Below are positions 9,854 through 19,676 of a stretch of DNA of 64,000 bases, in pieces. Within the stretch, counting starts at the first letter, position 1. Every line of letters begins with the position of its first letter. This DNA comes from a virus: positions 11,197 through 75,196 of the IMG/VR virus record IMGVR_UViG_3300009183_006007; one strand, written 5' to 3'. Position numbers and translations under genes: made by a program. The notes under the pieces were generated by a model. It was not told the origin of the DNA and searched no databases. It was given only the letters and a program-made list of their open reading frames with translations.

Positions 9854-10116
9854 ATATTAACTAAACTTTTTTCATTCCATTTTTCTAATGGAATTGAAAT
9901 TAAAGATTTTGTAAAATGCTCGTGTGATTTTCTTTGTTCTTCGGTTCCTCTATTAAAGTTCCAAAATTTAGCATCATCAGATGAGCATTGTAAAGTAACT
10001 GATCTTCCACCACCATCTGTTCTATATAGTCTAGAACCACAAATACTACATTTATAATTTGTATTCATTTCATTTAGTTGGTTAAAAAATGATTCATATT
10101 TAGTTAAGTGCTTCAT
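9850..10116 (-). CDS. small zinc-ribbon protein with leader MKHLTKYES
   Basis: CSICG..C motif. Confidence 0.65.
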   Translation of the reverse strand: MKHLTKYESFFNQLNEMNTNYKCSICGSRLYRTDGGGRSVTLQCSSDDAKFWNFNRGTEEQRKSHEHFTKSLISIPLEKWNEKSLVNI

Positions 10117-10142
10117 TATTACTATATATAAAATTAAAATAG

Positions 10143-11474
10143 TTAATTATCATCAGATTCTTCCGGATCTTGAAAGAACAAGGTTTTATCCTTTGTTTGT
10201 AACCATTCTCTAGATAGATTTAATCTCTTAGTTAAATCTCTTAACCAAGTCTTAGCCATTTCATATGGTTCACATCTTTGTAATGATTTCTCATATCTTT
10301 CCATACCACCATAGATTTTAAGAATATCTTCTTTAGATAACTTTCTCATATCATCAGCTTTAACCATAGCCATTACAAAACTAAAGTTTGTGTTATCTTT
10401 TTCCTGTAAGGCATAATCTTTTCTAGAAATACCAGAATTGATATATTGTTTATAAGCCTTTTCAATATCTACTGATTTATCAGTTAAAGCCTTTTTCACA
10501 ATAGAAATAATTTTGTTAATTCTAATATGTGCTTCTTTTTCATCTTCTGGAACTTGTCCTAAGATATCATCTATCTTATCATCTAAGATATAACCAATAA
10601 TAATATGTTCTCTATATAAGTCTTCGGTAAGTAAACCATGACGTTCACAATACCAAGGAGTCTTCAACTTAAAGAAGAAGTCTCTTCCGTGTTCATCTTC
10701 ACAAGTAACAATTGAACCTTCTTTATCTACTTGAGTTGCAGTTAGTTCAATTAACTTGTCTAAGTCATGAATTTCATCTTCAAATGGAGCAACTCTAATA
10801 GAGCCAACTTTATCTAAGTGGTCTCTAATATCAATATGTTTACCAGTAACATTATCTCTTAATCTTAATAAGATTAATTCTTCACTTGGGTATCTTAGAA
10901 CAATACGATTGTTTGGTGCCACATATTCAAAAATTGGCACGATATTATTATTCAAAGCCCAATCAACTAAAGATTTAACTTCTTTATTAGTTTTATAAAC
11001 TCTGTTTATACCATCAGCTTGGTCATTATCAAATCCCATTTTGGATTTACCAATAACTTTACCATTTGGTAGTTTAATGAATGAAGCAATAGAACCATCT
11101 TCTTTGTTATTTACAAATTTGATTTTATAGTTCTTAACAACTGAATATAAAGAGTCAGGTACTTGATTTAAGTTAAAGAACTTTTCAAGTAAAACATATC
11201 TATTGAATAGGGAACCATCTTCATTAAAAACGAAAGTTAGTCCTCTCATTTCATAACCTTTCAATTCTGGTTTATCAGGAATAGGGTTAGAGAAGTCTTT
11301 GTATTGAGCAAGACGATAATTAAACACAGATACATTAAATCCATCAACAACCATCTTAGATTCATAAAATGGTGCTTCCTCACCTGAACATAACTCTACG
11401 GCTTGTTCATATGTTGGGATAGCGTTTATTGAAACACTTTCCTTTATAAACTCTGTATATCTAAATAATTTCAT
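10143..11474 (-). CDS. RNA ligase 1 (T4 RnlA family)
   Basis: FNYRLA, EMRGLTF, KFFNLNQ, motif I KEDGS, FEYVAPNNRIV, EG and FKLKTPWY. Confidence 0.9.
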   Translation of the reverse strand: MKLFRYTEFIKESVSINAIPTYEQAVELCSGEEAPFYESKMVVDGFNVSVFNYRLAQYKDFSNPIPDKPELKGYEMRGLTFVFNEDGSLFNRYVLLEKFFNLNQVPDSLYSVVKNYKIKFVNNKEDGSIASFIKLPNGKVIGKSKMGFDNDQADGINRVYKTNKEVKSLVDWALNNNIVPIFEYVAPNNRIVLRYPSEELILLRLRDNVTGKHIDIRDHLDKVGSIRVAPFEDEIHDLDKLIELTATQVDKEGSIVTCEDEHGRDFFFKLKTPWYCERHGLLTEDLYREHIIIGYILDDKIDDILGQVPEDEKEAHIRINKIISIVKKALTDKSVDIEKAYKQYINSGISRKDYALQEKDNTNFSFVMAMVKADDMRKLSKEDILKIYGGMERYEKSLQRCEPYEMAKTWLRDLTKRLNLSREWLQTKDKTLFFQDPEESDDN

Positions 11475-11486
11475 CTTTGTATATAT

Positions 11487-11720
11487 TCATATTTTCAATC
11501 TAAAAAGATTTAATAATCTTTCACTTTTTTCAAATACCTCACCATCTTCACTAGTGACCATAATCTCACCAGTTTCAAAAACTTCTATCAACCAGTAAAG
11601 TTCTCCATCTTTTTCAGTTCCAAAAAAGGCAGCTTCGTCGGTCTCATAAACAAATTCAAGTTCTAATTCATCAGACTCTTTGAATAGTTTAGTATTTGAT
11701 GCTTTATGTGATAGATTCAT
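11487..11720 (-). CDS. small acidic hypothetical protein
   Basis: 77-aa ORF in an operon. Confidence 0.6.
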   Translation of the reverse strand: MNLSHKASNTKLFKESDELELEFVYETDEAAFFGTEKDGELYWLIEVFETGEIMVTSEDGEVFEKSERLLNLFRLKI

Positions 11721-11721
11721 T

Positions 11722-12138
11722 TTATTTACCTAGAAGTTTATCTAAGTTAGCATTTCTATTAATAATCTTATCTCCACCGATAAGTCTTTTAATATGGTCA
11801 ACTGAAAACTTATATGAGTTTCCGTTTGTGGATATAGCAATTACAGGATACTTTCTATTCTTAGTTTTGATGTCTGTAATTTCATAAACACCATTTGTTC
11901 CATGAAATTGCATACCTATAATATTCTGAGTGAATCCTAATCTTTTACAAACAGATTCGAATATCTTATCAACTCTTTCATTTTTCTCAGTAGTTACTAC
12001 TGACATTGTAGTAGTATATTTTGCAGGATTATAACTAATAGTACCAAATTCTATTTTAACATTTTCATCTTTCTCAATTTGAGCCAATGCTTTTCTAATT
12101 TTGTCTTGTACAGATTTAATTTTAATATCAGTTATCAT
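11722..12138 (-). CDS. hypothetical protein with C-terminal RNANLDKLL tag
   Basis: 138-aa ORF behind a TAnnTTTG box. Confidence 0.7.
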   Translation of the reverse strand: MITDIKIKSVQDKIRKALAQIEKDENVKIEFGTISYNPAKYTTTMSVVTTEKNERVDKIFESVCKRLGFTQNIIGMQFHGTNGVYEITDIKTKNRKYPVIAISTNGNSYKFSVDHIKRLIGGDKIINRNANLDKLLGK

Positions 12139-12193
12139 ATATCTTATTTTGTTTGAAATACAAATATAATAAATTTAATTAATATATACAAGT

Positions 12194-12781
12194 ATGCGAA
12201 ACAGACCAATAACTGATAAAGAAAGAAAAGCTTGGAAATTTGCTAGAGAAGCACATAAAGGTCAAGTAAGAAAGTTTATAAACAAACCATATTTCGGAGC
12301 TCACGTTGTAAAAGTAAATGGTATTGTTAAACAATATACAACTGATGAAGATATACTATGTGCTGCTTTACTTCACGATACAATTGAGGATTGTTTTGAG
12401 GATCCAAAAGTAGGTTATCAGATTATTGAGAGTGAGTTTGGTAAAAGAGTGGCTGATATAGTAATGGAGTTAACTTCTTCAAAAGAAGACATTGAATCAA
12501 AATATGATACAAAAGGTGATTATCTTATATCAAAAATGTCTAGTATGTCAGATGATGCTTTGATTGTGAAATTAGCAGATAGATTACAAAATATATCAGA
12601 TGCTTTTACCGCTTCTGAAAGATTTAGAAATAATTACTTTCAAGAAACTGCTAAAATCATGGGTCAGTTAGAAAAGAATAGAAGATATAATCGAGTTCAA
12701 GGTTTACTTGCAGGACAAATAAAAATGAAACTTGACAATATCGGTACTATATTTAAAATAAAAAGATTTGATGAAATTTAA
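12194..12781 (+). CDS. HD-domain (p)ppGpp hydrolase-like protein (Mesh1/SpoT HD)
   Basis: AHKGQVRK..PY..H, AALLHDTIED and VKLADRLQN motifs. Confidence 0.85.
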   Translation: MRNRPITDKERKAWKFAREAHKGQVRKFINKPYFGAHVVKVNGIVKQYTTDEDILCAALLHDTIEDCFEDPKVGYQIIESEFGKRVADIVMELTSSKEDIESKYDTKGDYLISKMSSMSDDALIVKLADRLQNISDAFTASERFRNNYFQETAKIMGQLEKNRRYNRVQGLLAGQIKMKLDNIGTIFKIKRFDEI

Positions 12782-12966
12782 GAAAGTGAGTTAATGATAG
12801 CTTCATATTGCTTATCACTCAAAATCTTAATTTGTCTATTACCAAAATCAACCTTAGTAAGATACTTACTTGTTTTCAATTGTTTCCGAATAGATAGTAC
12901 AAAAGAATTATCACCTTTGTAAGCTCTAATTTGTTTGTTTAGTTCATTTTTTTCTTCGATAGTCAT
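12778..12966 (-). CDS. small hypothetical protein
   Basis: 62-aa ORF behind a TAnnTTTG box; LSDKQ motif. Confidence 0.6.
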   Translation of the reverse strand: MTIEEKNELNKQIRAYKGDNSFVLSIRKQLKTSKYLTKVDFGNRQIKILSDKQYEAIINSLS

Positions 12967-13018
12967 ATTTCAATTTTTTACAAATATAATAAAAAATCTT
13001 TAAAATGAAATAAGTTGA

Positions 13019-13249
13019 CTAATTTGTCAACTTATTTTCTATTTTTATACTTTTCTCCCATTCGGATACCAGTTTTAGATTTTTTGCATCTAACAGATTT
13101 TTTATATCTCCTATTTTATGATTTACCCATGCGTTCTTTTTTGGGTAGAAGATTTTAGCCATTATGTAACCAAGTTCAGTTACATAAAAATTACATAGAG
13201 TGGCTTTGCCGTCAGGTGTGTCCACTTCCGAATTAACAGATTTTTTCAA
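13019..13249 (-). CDS. hypothetical protein
   Basis: 76-aa ORF with TTG start. Confidence 0.5.
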   Translation of the reverse strand: MKKSVNSEVDTPDGKATLCNFYVTELGYIMAKIFYPKKNAWVNHKIGDIKNLLDAKNLKLVSEWEKSIKIENKLTN

Positions 13250-13398
13250 TAGATTAATGTGATTTTTTATAGCTTATGCTGTGTGCAAAAAGTTAATTAT
13301 ATATTCATGTTTTTTTATAAGTTTGTCAACTTTTTTGATTTTTTTAATAAATTTTTTATAAATTTTTAAGACTAGAAATTAGGTTAAACTTTAATAGA

Positions 13399-13425
13399 AA
13401 ACTTTGTTAGGTTCTGGCTCTATAA
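13399..13425 (+). promoter_or_regulatory. putative phage-sigma promoter [AT]AACTT-N14-16-TATAA; also near 28139, 29888 (+) and 19381, 48940, 53036 (-)
   Basis: Bipartite motif with conserved spacing upstream of operons. Confidence 0.55.
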
Positions 13426-13447
13426 GATAAAAAATAACTATTTTAAA

Positions 13448-13933
13448 ATGACAATCAAAATTTATCCAGAAGATATAGTAAGAATGTGTTTATGGGATAA
13501 CTATGTATATTACATCGTTGGATCAGAGAAAGAAGCAGAAAAAATTCTGAAAGAAAATGCTGAAATGGAAATTACAGAAAGAGATGCACTTGTAATAGGT
13601 TTATTGAAAATTATTGAGACAGATAATCTTATTCATAAATTTAATACTTATGTAATGGAATTTTTAACAAACAAATCTATAAAACATAATGACTATTTAC
13701 TAGTTAGAAAAAAAACATTTGACTTATCAATTGATAAGTTTGTAGATAAATTCCCAGATTATTGGGAACCAAATAGCTACTGGTCTAATTCTTTAAAAGA
13801 CTTAGTAGATTATGTAGAAGTAATGAAAGTAGATATCGAAAAGATTGAGATTCATAAAGTTGTAGATAAAAACGTAACTTATGAGTTTTATAACTCAAAT
13901 AATATAAAAAAACTTTTAAAATTTAATTATTAA
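13448..13933 (+). CDS. hypothetical protein
   Basis: 161-aa ORF heading the grpE-dnaJ operon. Confidence 0.7.
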   Translation: MTIKIYPEDIVRMCLWDNYVYYIVGSEKEAEKILKENAEMEITERDALVIGLLKIIETDNLIHKFNTYVMEFLTNKSIKHNDYLLVRKKTFDLSIDKFVDKFPDYWEPNSYWSNSLKDLVDYVEVMKVDIEKIEIHKVVDKNVTYEFYNSNNIKKLLKFNY

Positions 13934-13935
13934 TT

Positions 13936-14400
13936 ATGGAGGAAAACACAAACCCTGAAGAAACTATTGAAAACACAATAGATCCTATTGAGGATCTAAA
14001 GTTGAAATTATCAGAATCTGAAGATAAGTATGTTAGACTTTTCGCAGAGTTTGATAATTATAAAAAGAGAGTTCAAAAAGAAAAAGAAGATATCAAAAAC
14101 AATACAAAGGTATCTATGATAACATCTATTCTTGATATGGATAATGATATTGCTATTGCTATCAAAAATATCAAAGATGAAGTAACCAGAGAAGGTGTTG
14201 AACTGATTGCTCAAAAGTTAGAAAGATTCTTAAAGAGTCAAGGTATCGAAAGTATTCAAACTGAAACTTATGATGATGAGTTACACGAAGTTATCAGTGT
14301 AGTACCTACTGGCAAGACTGAGGTTATTGATGTCGTTAGTAAAGGTTATATGTTAAATGGTAAACCTTTCAGACACCCAAAAATTGTTATTGGTAAATAA
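13936..14400 (+). CDS. grpE: nucleotide exchange factor GrpE
   Basis: RLFAEFDNYKKR, LHEVI and KGYMLNGKPFRHPKIVI motifs. Confidence 0.92.
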   Translation: MEENTNPEETIENTIDPIEDLKLKLSESEDKYVRLFAEFDNYKKRVQKEKEDIKNNTKVSMITSILDMDNDIAIAIKNIKDEVTREGVELIAQKLERFLKSQGIESIQTETYDDELHEVISVVPTGKTEVIDVVSKGYMLNGKPFRHPKIVIGK

Positions 14401-14972
14401 TGAAAACTAAAAGCTTATTAGAAATTTATAAAGATGTTGACTATAAAAAAACCATCATTGATACATTGTGTCAAGGTATAGGTAGTCAACATATTTATTC
14501 TTTTAAGGCTTTATTAGAGTACGTGATAGATAAAAAATATCATCTATTCGACAGAGAAGAATTCAAAGGTTCTTTATACTCAGATGAAGATGAAACTTTA
14601 GATTTAGTTTTACCAGCAGTTAGGAGAGTTTTTGGAAAAGTTTTCATTGACCAACCACCTCTATTTAAAAGTGGAGGTCCTTTTACAGCTAGATATAAAT
14701 TATTCACTATGTATTTCAATGCTGATGAATTTGTTGATTATCTAATTGATATGTTTATTAAATCAAAAGATTGTCTTCAACACTTTGAACATATTGATAG
14801 AACTGCTGAGACATTATCTTTAATAGTTGATAACTATGTTGCTGATTTAGTTCAACGAGTTCTAAGTATTGAAGATCACCAAGAAGCAATTAATAATATT
14901 TTGAAGCAAATTAAAAGAGAAGAAACTATTGAACAAGTACTTGATGATGAAGAATCAAATGAACTATTATGA
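14400..14972 (+). CDS. hypothetical protein with REETIEQVL tag near the C-terminus
   Basis: 190-aa ORF. Confidence 0.7.
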   Translation: MKTKSLLEIYKDVDYKKTIIDTLCQGIGSQHIYSFKALLEYVIDKKYHLFDREEFKGSLYSDEDETLDLVLPAVRRVFGKVFIDQPPLFKSGGPFTARYKLFTMYFNADEFVDYLIDMFIKSKDCLQHFEHIDRTAETLSLIVDNYVADLVQRVLSIEDHQEAINNILKQIKREETIEQVLDDEESNELL

Positions 14973-15283
14973 TTGATTGGTATGTTGAAATATCCGACTC
15001 AGCTCCAGAAGGATTCAAAGGAGATAGGTATTTAGGAAATGTCATAGATACAGCCTCTCCTTGTATGGATTACTTTTGTAATCGACTGACTGAGATGAAA
15101 GATTGGAAACTAGAAGATGCTAATAATATCTTTAGGGAAATAATAGAAGAACTTCCAATTATGTCAGCCAAAATTTATAACAATGAATTTAGAATAGATT
15201 ATAATAGATGGGTAACTATAAAACTGACAGAAACACCCATACAAATATATAGAGAATCAAAAATAAGACAAATATTAGAATAA
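14969..15283 (+). CDS. hypothetical protein with C-terminal RESKIRQIL tag
   Basis: 104-aa ORF. Confidence 0.7.
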   Translation: MIDWYVEISDSAPEGFKGDRYLGNVIDTASPCMDYFCNRLTEMKDWKLEDANNIFREIIEELPIMSAKIYNNEFRIDYNRWVTIKLTETPIQIYRESKIRQILE

Positions 15284-15284
15284 G

Positions 15285-16352
15285 ATGAGTAAAGATTATT
15301 ACAAAGTACTAGGCGTAGATAAAAACGCTTCAGATGATGAAATAAAAAAAGCATATAGAAAAAAAGCTATGGAATTTCATCCAGACAAAAATCCGGATAA
15401 TCCAGAAGCAGAGTCTAAATTTAAAGAAGCTGCTGAAGCATATGATACATTATCATCACCGGATAAAAAAGCTAGTTATGATAGATACGGAACAACTGGT
15501 AACCCATTTGGTGGAGGTGGAAATCCATTTGGTGGAGGTGGATTTAATATGGAAGATATTTTTTCACAATTTGGTGATGTATTTGGAAATTCATTTAATC
15601 AAAGATATGGTGGTGGACAAAGACCACAAAGTAAAGGATCTAATCTAAGAATAAAAGTTAGTTTAACTATTGATGAGATTCTAAAAGGAGCAGTTAAGAA
15701 ATTAAAATATAAGAGACAAGATAAATGTAATTCTTGTAATGGTGTAGGTGGAACTGATCCAAGAACTTGTATTCCTTGTAATGGTTCTGGTCAAAGAACA
15801 ATTGTTCAAAACACACCATTCGGTCAAATCAGACAAGTCGCTACTTGTCCAGATTGTTCTGGTAGTGGTAAAGTTGTTGCTGTGAAATGTAACTCTTGTA
15901 GAGGTGAAGGAGTAAGTATTAAAGAACAAGTAGTTGATGTTGAAATCCCCAAAGGAGTTTCTAATGGAATGCAATTAACAATGCAGGGATTTGGTAACTT
16001 TATTAAAAATGGATCGGCTGGTGACTTACAAATTATAATAGAAGAAATAATTGACCACTCTTTTAGAAGAGAAAATAATAATATAGTTGTGGAAAAAACT
16101 ATATCTGTTATAGATGCTATTATTGGATCAAATATTAAAGTCTCAACACCACATGGTGAGATACCAATTGCTATTGAGCCAGGAACAGAACACGGAAAGG
16201 TTTATAGAGTATCAGGTAAAGGAATTCCAGATATTAATTATGGACTTGGTGATCTTTATGTTAAAATCAGTATTAAAATTCCAAAGAAAATTGAGTTGGA
16301 TGAAAAATACACTCTTGAGAAATTAAAATCTTCGAAAAACTTTTCAGTATAA
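15285..16352 (+). CDS. dnaJ: chaperone DnaJ (class A)
   Basis: J domain with HPD, G/F-rich region and four CxxCxGxG repeats. Confidence 0.97.
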   Translation: MSKDYYKVLGVDKNASDDEIKKAYRKKAMEFHPDKNPDNPEAESKFKEAAEAYDTLSSPDKKASYDRYGTTGNPFGGGGNPFGGGGFNMEDIFSQFGDVFGNSFNQRYGGGQRPQSKGSNLRIKVSLTIDEILKGAVKKLKYKRQDKCNSCNGVGGTDPRTCIPCNGSGQRTIVQNTPFGQIRQVATCPDCSGSGKVVAVKCNSCRGEGVSIKEQVVDVEIPKGVSNGMQLTMQGFGNFIKNGSAGDLQIIIEEIIDHSFRRENNNIVVEKTISVIDAIIGSNIKVSTPHGEIPIAIEPGTEHGKVYRVSGKGIPDINYGLGDLYVKISIKIPKKIELDEKYTLEKLKSSKNFSV

Positions 16353-16356
16353 GAAT

Positions 16357-16386
16357 AAACCTGTTCAAATAAGAACAGGTTTTTTT
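16357..16386. terminator. bidirectional terminator
   Basis: AAACCTGTTC-AAATAA-GAACAGGTTTTTTT. Confidence 0.85.
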
Positions 16387-16387
16387 A

Positions 16388-16567
16388 TTAGATAAAAGAA
16401 AGTTTGTGTTTAGGTTTTCTTGTATAATCTTTAGCAGATTTGTGTGCTTTATGAGTAGATACCCATCCAGTAGAATTTTCTAAAGACATTTCTCTTGAAG
16501 CTTTTTTATTTGCTTTCATAGCGTCTTCTTTTGTGAATTTTCCTAAGTGAATTTTACCGTTTTTCAT
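16388..16567 (-). CDS. 59-aa basic protein not in the ORF track (MKNGKIHL...HKSAKDYTRKPKHKLSFI)
   Basis: Translated by hand; has its own TATCTTTG promoter at 16608 and ends at the terminator. Confidence 0.7.
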   Translation of the reverse strand: MKNGKIHLGKFTKEDAMKANKKASREMSLENSTGWVSTHKAHKSAKDYTRKPKHKLSFI

Positions 16568-16668
16568 TTTATATAGTTTTTTGTAGTGATTTATCTTATT
16601 TGTCTTACAAAGATATAAAAAATAAGTAGATTCTCCAAATTAATATATAAAGAAAATAAACATAATTT

Positions 16669-17475
16669 ATGGCATTAAATGATATAAATGGATATGGTGA
16701 CACTTATGTTCCCTACCAAGGGGGATATACGATAGAAGAAATGGTGGATCTTGTTCAAAATGAATTAACAATTTCTTGTGCATTACCAAAGTCTTTACCT
16801 GATGCAAATATCAGACAGATAATTGAAACAAGAGCTTTACCTTGGTTCTATAGATCTTATCAATTCGCCGTTCAAAAAATGTATTTCTTAATAAAGAAAG
16901 ATGCTTTCTTCTCAGAAGAATTTACAAAATATAATTATGTTAATGTTCCGTGTGAGATTCAATCAGTTGTTTATCTTTATGAGGTTAGAGGAGATAGTTT
17001 ATTTCAATTAGGTATTAACACTCCTAACTTATCAGTAAACTTAGGTGTTACCAATCAACCTTATTTATCATCTTATGTTACAACTATTGGTGAATTAGGT
17101 GTTTATAAAACGGTATTAGACTCGATGTCTGATATGTTAAATCAGTTAAATAAATATACATTAAAGTATCAGTTTAATCAATTGAACCATAGAATTCATA
17201 TCTTAACTAATGTTCAATATGATGTTATTATGGAAGCTTATGCTAATATTCCTGCTGAAAATCTATTCAAAGATGATTTATTCTTTAAGTATGTAACCGG
17301 ATATGCTAAACAACAATTAGGTAATATGATGGGAAGGTACGATTTTCAATTACCGGGTGGTATTAAAATACAGGCTGCTGACTTAGTTTCACAAGGTAAA
17401 GAAGAAGTAAAAGAAGTTGAAGAGGAAATTAAGGGTCAATCGAATTCAACTTGGTTCATTATGGTGAAAAAATAA
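16669..17475 (+). CDS. neck/head-completion protein (T4 gp13-like)
   Basis: C-terminal KYVTGYAKQQLG..QLPGGIKI..GKEEVKEVEEE resembles gp13; late box upstream. Confidence 0.7.
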   Translation: MALNDINGYGDTYVPYQGGYTIEEMVDLVQNELTISCALPKSLPDANIRQIIETRALPWFYRSYQFAVQKMYFLIKKDAFFSEEFTKYNYVNVPCEIQSVVYLYEVRGDSLFQLGINTPNLSVNLGVTNQPYLSSYVTTIGELGVYKTVLDSMSDMLNQLNKYTLKYQFNQLNHRIHILTNVQYDVIMEAYANIPAENLFKDDLFFKYVTGYAKQQLGNMMGRYDFQLPGGIKIQAADLVSQGKEEVKEVEEEIKGQSNSTWFIMVKK

Positions 17476-17482
17476 AAAGTAA

Positions 17483-17878
17483 ATGAAACACTTAAAAAAA
17501 TTTAACGAATCATTAAAAGAACCAATTGATGTTGAATCTGATATTATCGAGTTCAAAGAAAAATTGGGTAAAGCTTATCATAACTTCTTTTTAAAAATGT
17601 ATGTCTATTCACCTGAAGAAGAATATGCTAAAGCAATGAATAATATAGAACACCTTATAGTATCTAATCCAACTATGACTGATGATTGGGATGTTTGGGA
17701 AGTTTATGGAACAGATGATTATGGTAGAAATTCTGGAACAATTATGAATGTTAGAGCTGTTTCTAAATTACATGCTAAAATTAAAGTAGCTACTATTAAA
17801 AATAATTTAGAAATATTAGCTACTGGTTACTACTCAGCATCTAAGACTTCTAAATCCGATTTCCATAGGTATATATAG
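17483..17878 (+). CDS. hypothetical protein with leader MKHLKKFNES
   Basis: 131-aa ORF downstream of the neck gene. Confidence 0.7.
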   Translation: MKHLKKFNESLKEPIDVESDIIEFKEKLGKAYHNFFLKMYVYSPEEEYAKAMNNIEHLIVSNPTMTDDWDVWEVYGTDDYGRNSGTIMNVRAVSKLHAKIKVATIKNNLEILATGYYSASKTSKSDFHRYI

Positions 17879-17894
17879 TGTATCTAATCAAAAT

Positions 17895-17924
17895 AAAAAA
17901 ACCCAGTCGATGACTGGGTTTTTT
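17895..17924. terminator. bidirectional terminator (ACCCAGTC family)
   Basis: AAAAAAACCCAGTC-GAT-GACTGGGTTTTTT. Confidence 0.88.
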
Positions 17925-17971
17925 GCTCTGTTCACACGGAGTGCCAATTGATTTTTAAGAGTCAATATCTC

Positions 17972-18988
17972 TTACTTGTTAAATCGATTAAATGAGTTTT
18001 GACTAATAACTTCCCATCTGACTTCACCTATGAAATCTTCAAGACTTCTACTATCTGTATATGACATAGCAGATTTTAAGTAATCAGTAAAGTTCTCACA
18101 CCAACCTTCTAAAGTATAATCAACCTTATTGTATTTAGTAATACCTTCTCCAGTTTTTAATTCAGATTTGTTCCAAGACTTTTGAACTTCTTTAGTAGAC
18201 ATTCCTCTATAATATTTATAGACATCAATCCCAGTATTAAAATTCAAAGTTGCTATTTCTGGTTCAATTGTGTGATAAACTCCATTAGCATCTTGTAAAA
18301 AGTTATCACCACAACTTTCTAAACATTTGTTAAATACGCCGCCTAACATCACATAGTCAGCTCCCAAAGCAAGTGCCTTTATAATATCAGAGAAGTTTCT
18401 GAATCCACCATCAGCAACTATTTTAGTTGGTTTATCATAAATATGTTTCCAATCAGCACATTCGCTAATAAGTGAAGCCATTGGATAATGGATGGAAACA
18501 TTGGCAGAGGTAGTACAAGCACTACCACCACCAATTCCAACTCTTATATAATCGACGCCTATTTCACAATACTTTCGGTAAGTATCTGGGTTAGCGATAT
18601 TCCCAATCATCAATTCTATATTATATCCGTAAGTTTCTTTAATTTGTTTAGATGTTTCCCATAGTTTCATCATATGACCATTAGCAACATCAATTAGAAC
18701 TCTTTTAGGAAGAGGTTTACCCGATTTAATGATTTCAATGATTTCATCTAATCCATATGAGTAGAAATAGTTATCATTTTTCAAATCATCATATTTGACG
18801 TGTCTTGGAAGACAGACATTAATAAGATTATCATCAAATGATTTAACATTTGTTTCATCGATTACTTTATCCATTGGTGCTGTAAATAATGGTAACCTAC
18901 CATTACTTAATGGATTAATTTCTTTTCTTGAGGCAATCGTACTTAATGTTTCAGGCACAATAGAAACATCATTCCAGTCATATTTCAT
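17972..18988 (-). CDS. GMP reductase / IMPDH-family enzyme
   Basis: APMD, IDVANGH, RVGIGGGSACTT, IVADGG, ALGADYVMLG and YRGMS motifs; no CBS insert. Confidence 0.88.
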   Translation of the reverse strand: MKYDWNDVSIVPETLSTIASRKEINPLSNGRLPLFTAPMDKVIDETNVKSFDDNLINVCLPRHVKYDDLKNDNYFYSYGLDEIIEIIKSGKPLPKRVLIDVANGHMMKLWETSKQIKETYGYNIELMIGNIANPDTYRKYCEIGVDYIRVGIGGGSACTTSANVSIHYPMASLISECADWKHIYDKPTKIVADGGFRNFSDIIKALALGADYVMLGGVFNKCLESCGDNFLQDANGVYHTIEPEIATLNFNTGIDVYKYYRGMSTKEVQKSWNKSELKTGEGITKYNKVDYTLEGWCENFTDYLKSAMSYTDSRSLEDFIGEVRWEVISQNSFNRFNK

Positions 18989-19003
18989 AAATTTGATTTA
19001 TTT

Positions 19004-19318
19004 TTAATAAAAGATATATCTACCTTCTTCTTTGACGCAATAGATAGAGATTGGATAAAGTCTTAACTCTCCTTGAGTTTCATCGACCATAAATCTCATT
19101 GCTCCGTCAACAACCTCTTCATTTATAATTTTAGTTGTTATTCCATTAAGACCTTTGAATATTGTGTAATTTATTTCATCAGATTCTACTATCTTAATGA
19201 AGTGGTCTTCTTTTCGAAGAATTTTACCCATATGGCCTTCTTCAAAATAGGCTTTTTCAATAATAGATTTTAGAACATCTGAGTTACTAAACTCAACTTT
19301 AATTTCGTGTTTAATCAT
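19004..19318 (-). CDS. hypothetical protein
   Basis: 104-aa ORF upstream of the GMP reductase. Confidence 0.65.
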   Translation of the reverse strand: MIKHEIKVEFSNSDVLKSIIEKAYFEEGHMGKILRKEDHFIKIVESDEINYTIFKGLNGITTKIINEEVVDGAMRFMVDETQGELRLYPISIYCVKEEGRYIFY

Positions 19319-19403
19319 TTTTTAAATTATTTTGTTAACATTGATTTACTTTTGTTTTATAGATTAGGGAGTAGAAAGTTTAATATATACTTTATATTTT
19401 TAA

Positions 19404-19480
19404 TCCGACTTAGGGCCGGAATAGTTATAACCCCATCGGGTTACTATTGAGAAACACCGAATTCGCTCCTCGGTGTTCTC
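19404..19480 (+). ncRNA. candidate structured ncRNA (three tandem hairpins); strand inferred from promoter
   Basis: TCCG/CGGA, AATAG..TAACCC/GGGTTA-CTATT and GAGAA-ACACCGA/TCGGTGT-TCTC stems just after AATATATA at 19382, with no + strand ORF. Confidence 0.5.
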
Positions 19481-19484
19481 GCTT

Positions 19485-19676
19485 TTAAATAAGTTTGTTT
19501 AATTGTGATTCTCTATGACATTCTTTACAAACTCTTACATTCATGAACCCATTTATCCCAAGTACGGTTCTTGGGACTTGTATAATACTGGATTCTTTTG
19601 TTGGTGTTTCATTCTTACATAAATGACAATCAACCACCATTATCCATTCTTCCATTGGATTTAACCGACGGTTCAT
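19485..19676 (-). CDS. small zinc-binding protein with C-terminal RESQLNKLI tag
   Basis: CHLC and CKEC pairs. Confidence 0.65.
   Translation of the reverse strand: MNRRLNPMEEWIMVVDCHLCKNETPTKESSIIQVPRTVLGINGFMNVRVCKECHRESQLNKLI

Noticed and set aside
15500-15545. Repeated GGGNPFGGG coding sequence in dnaJ
   Set aside because: This is the normal G/F-rich region of class A DnaJ.
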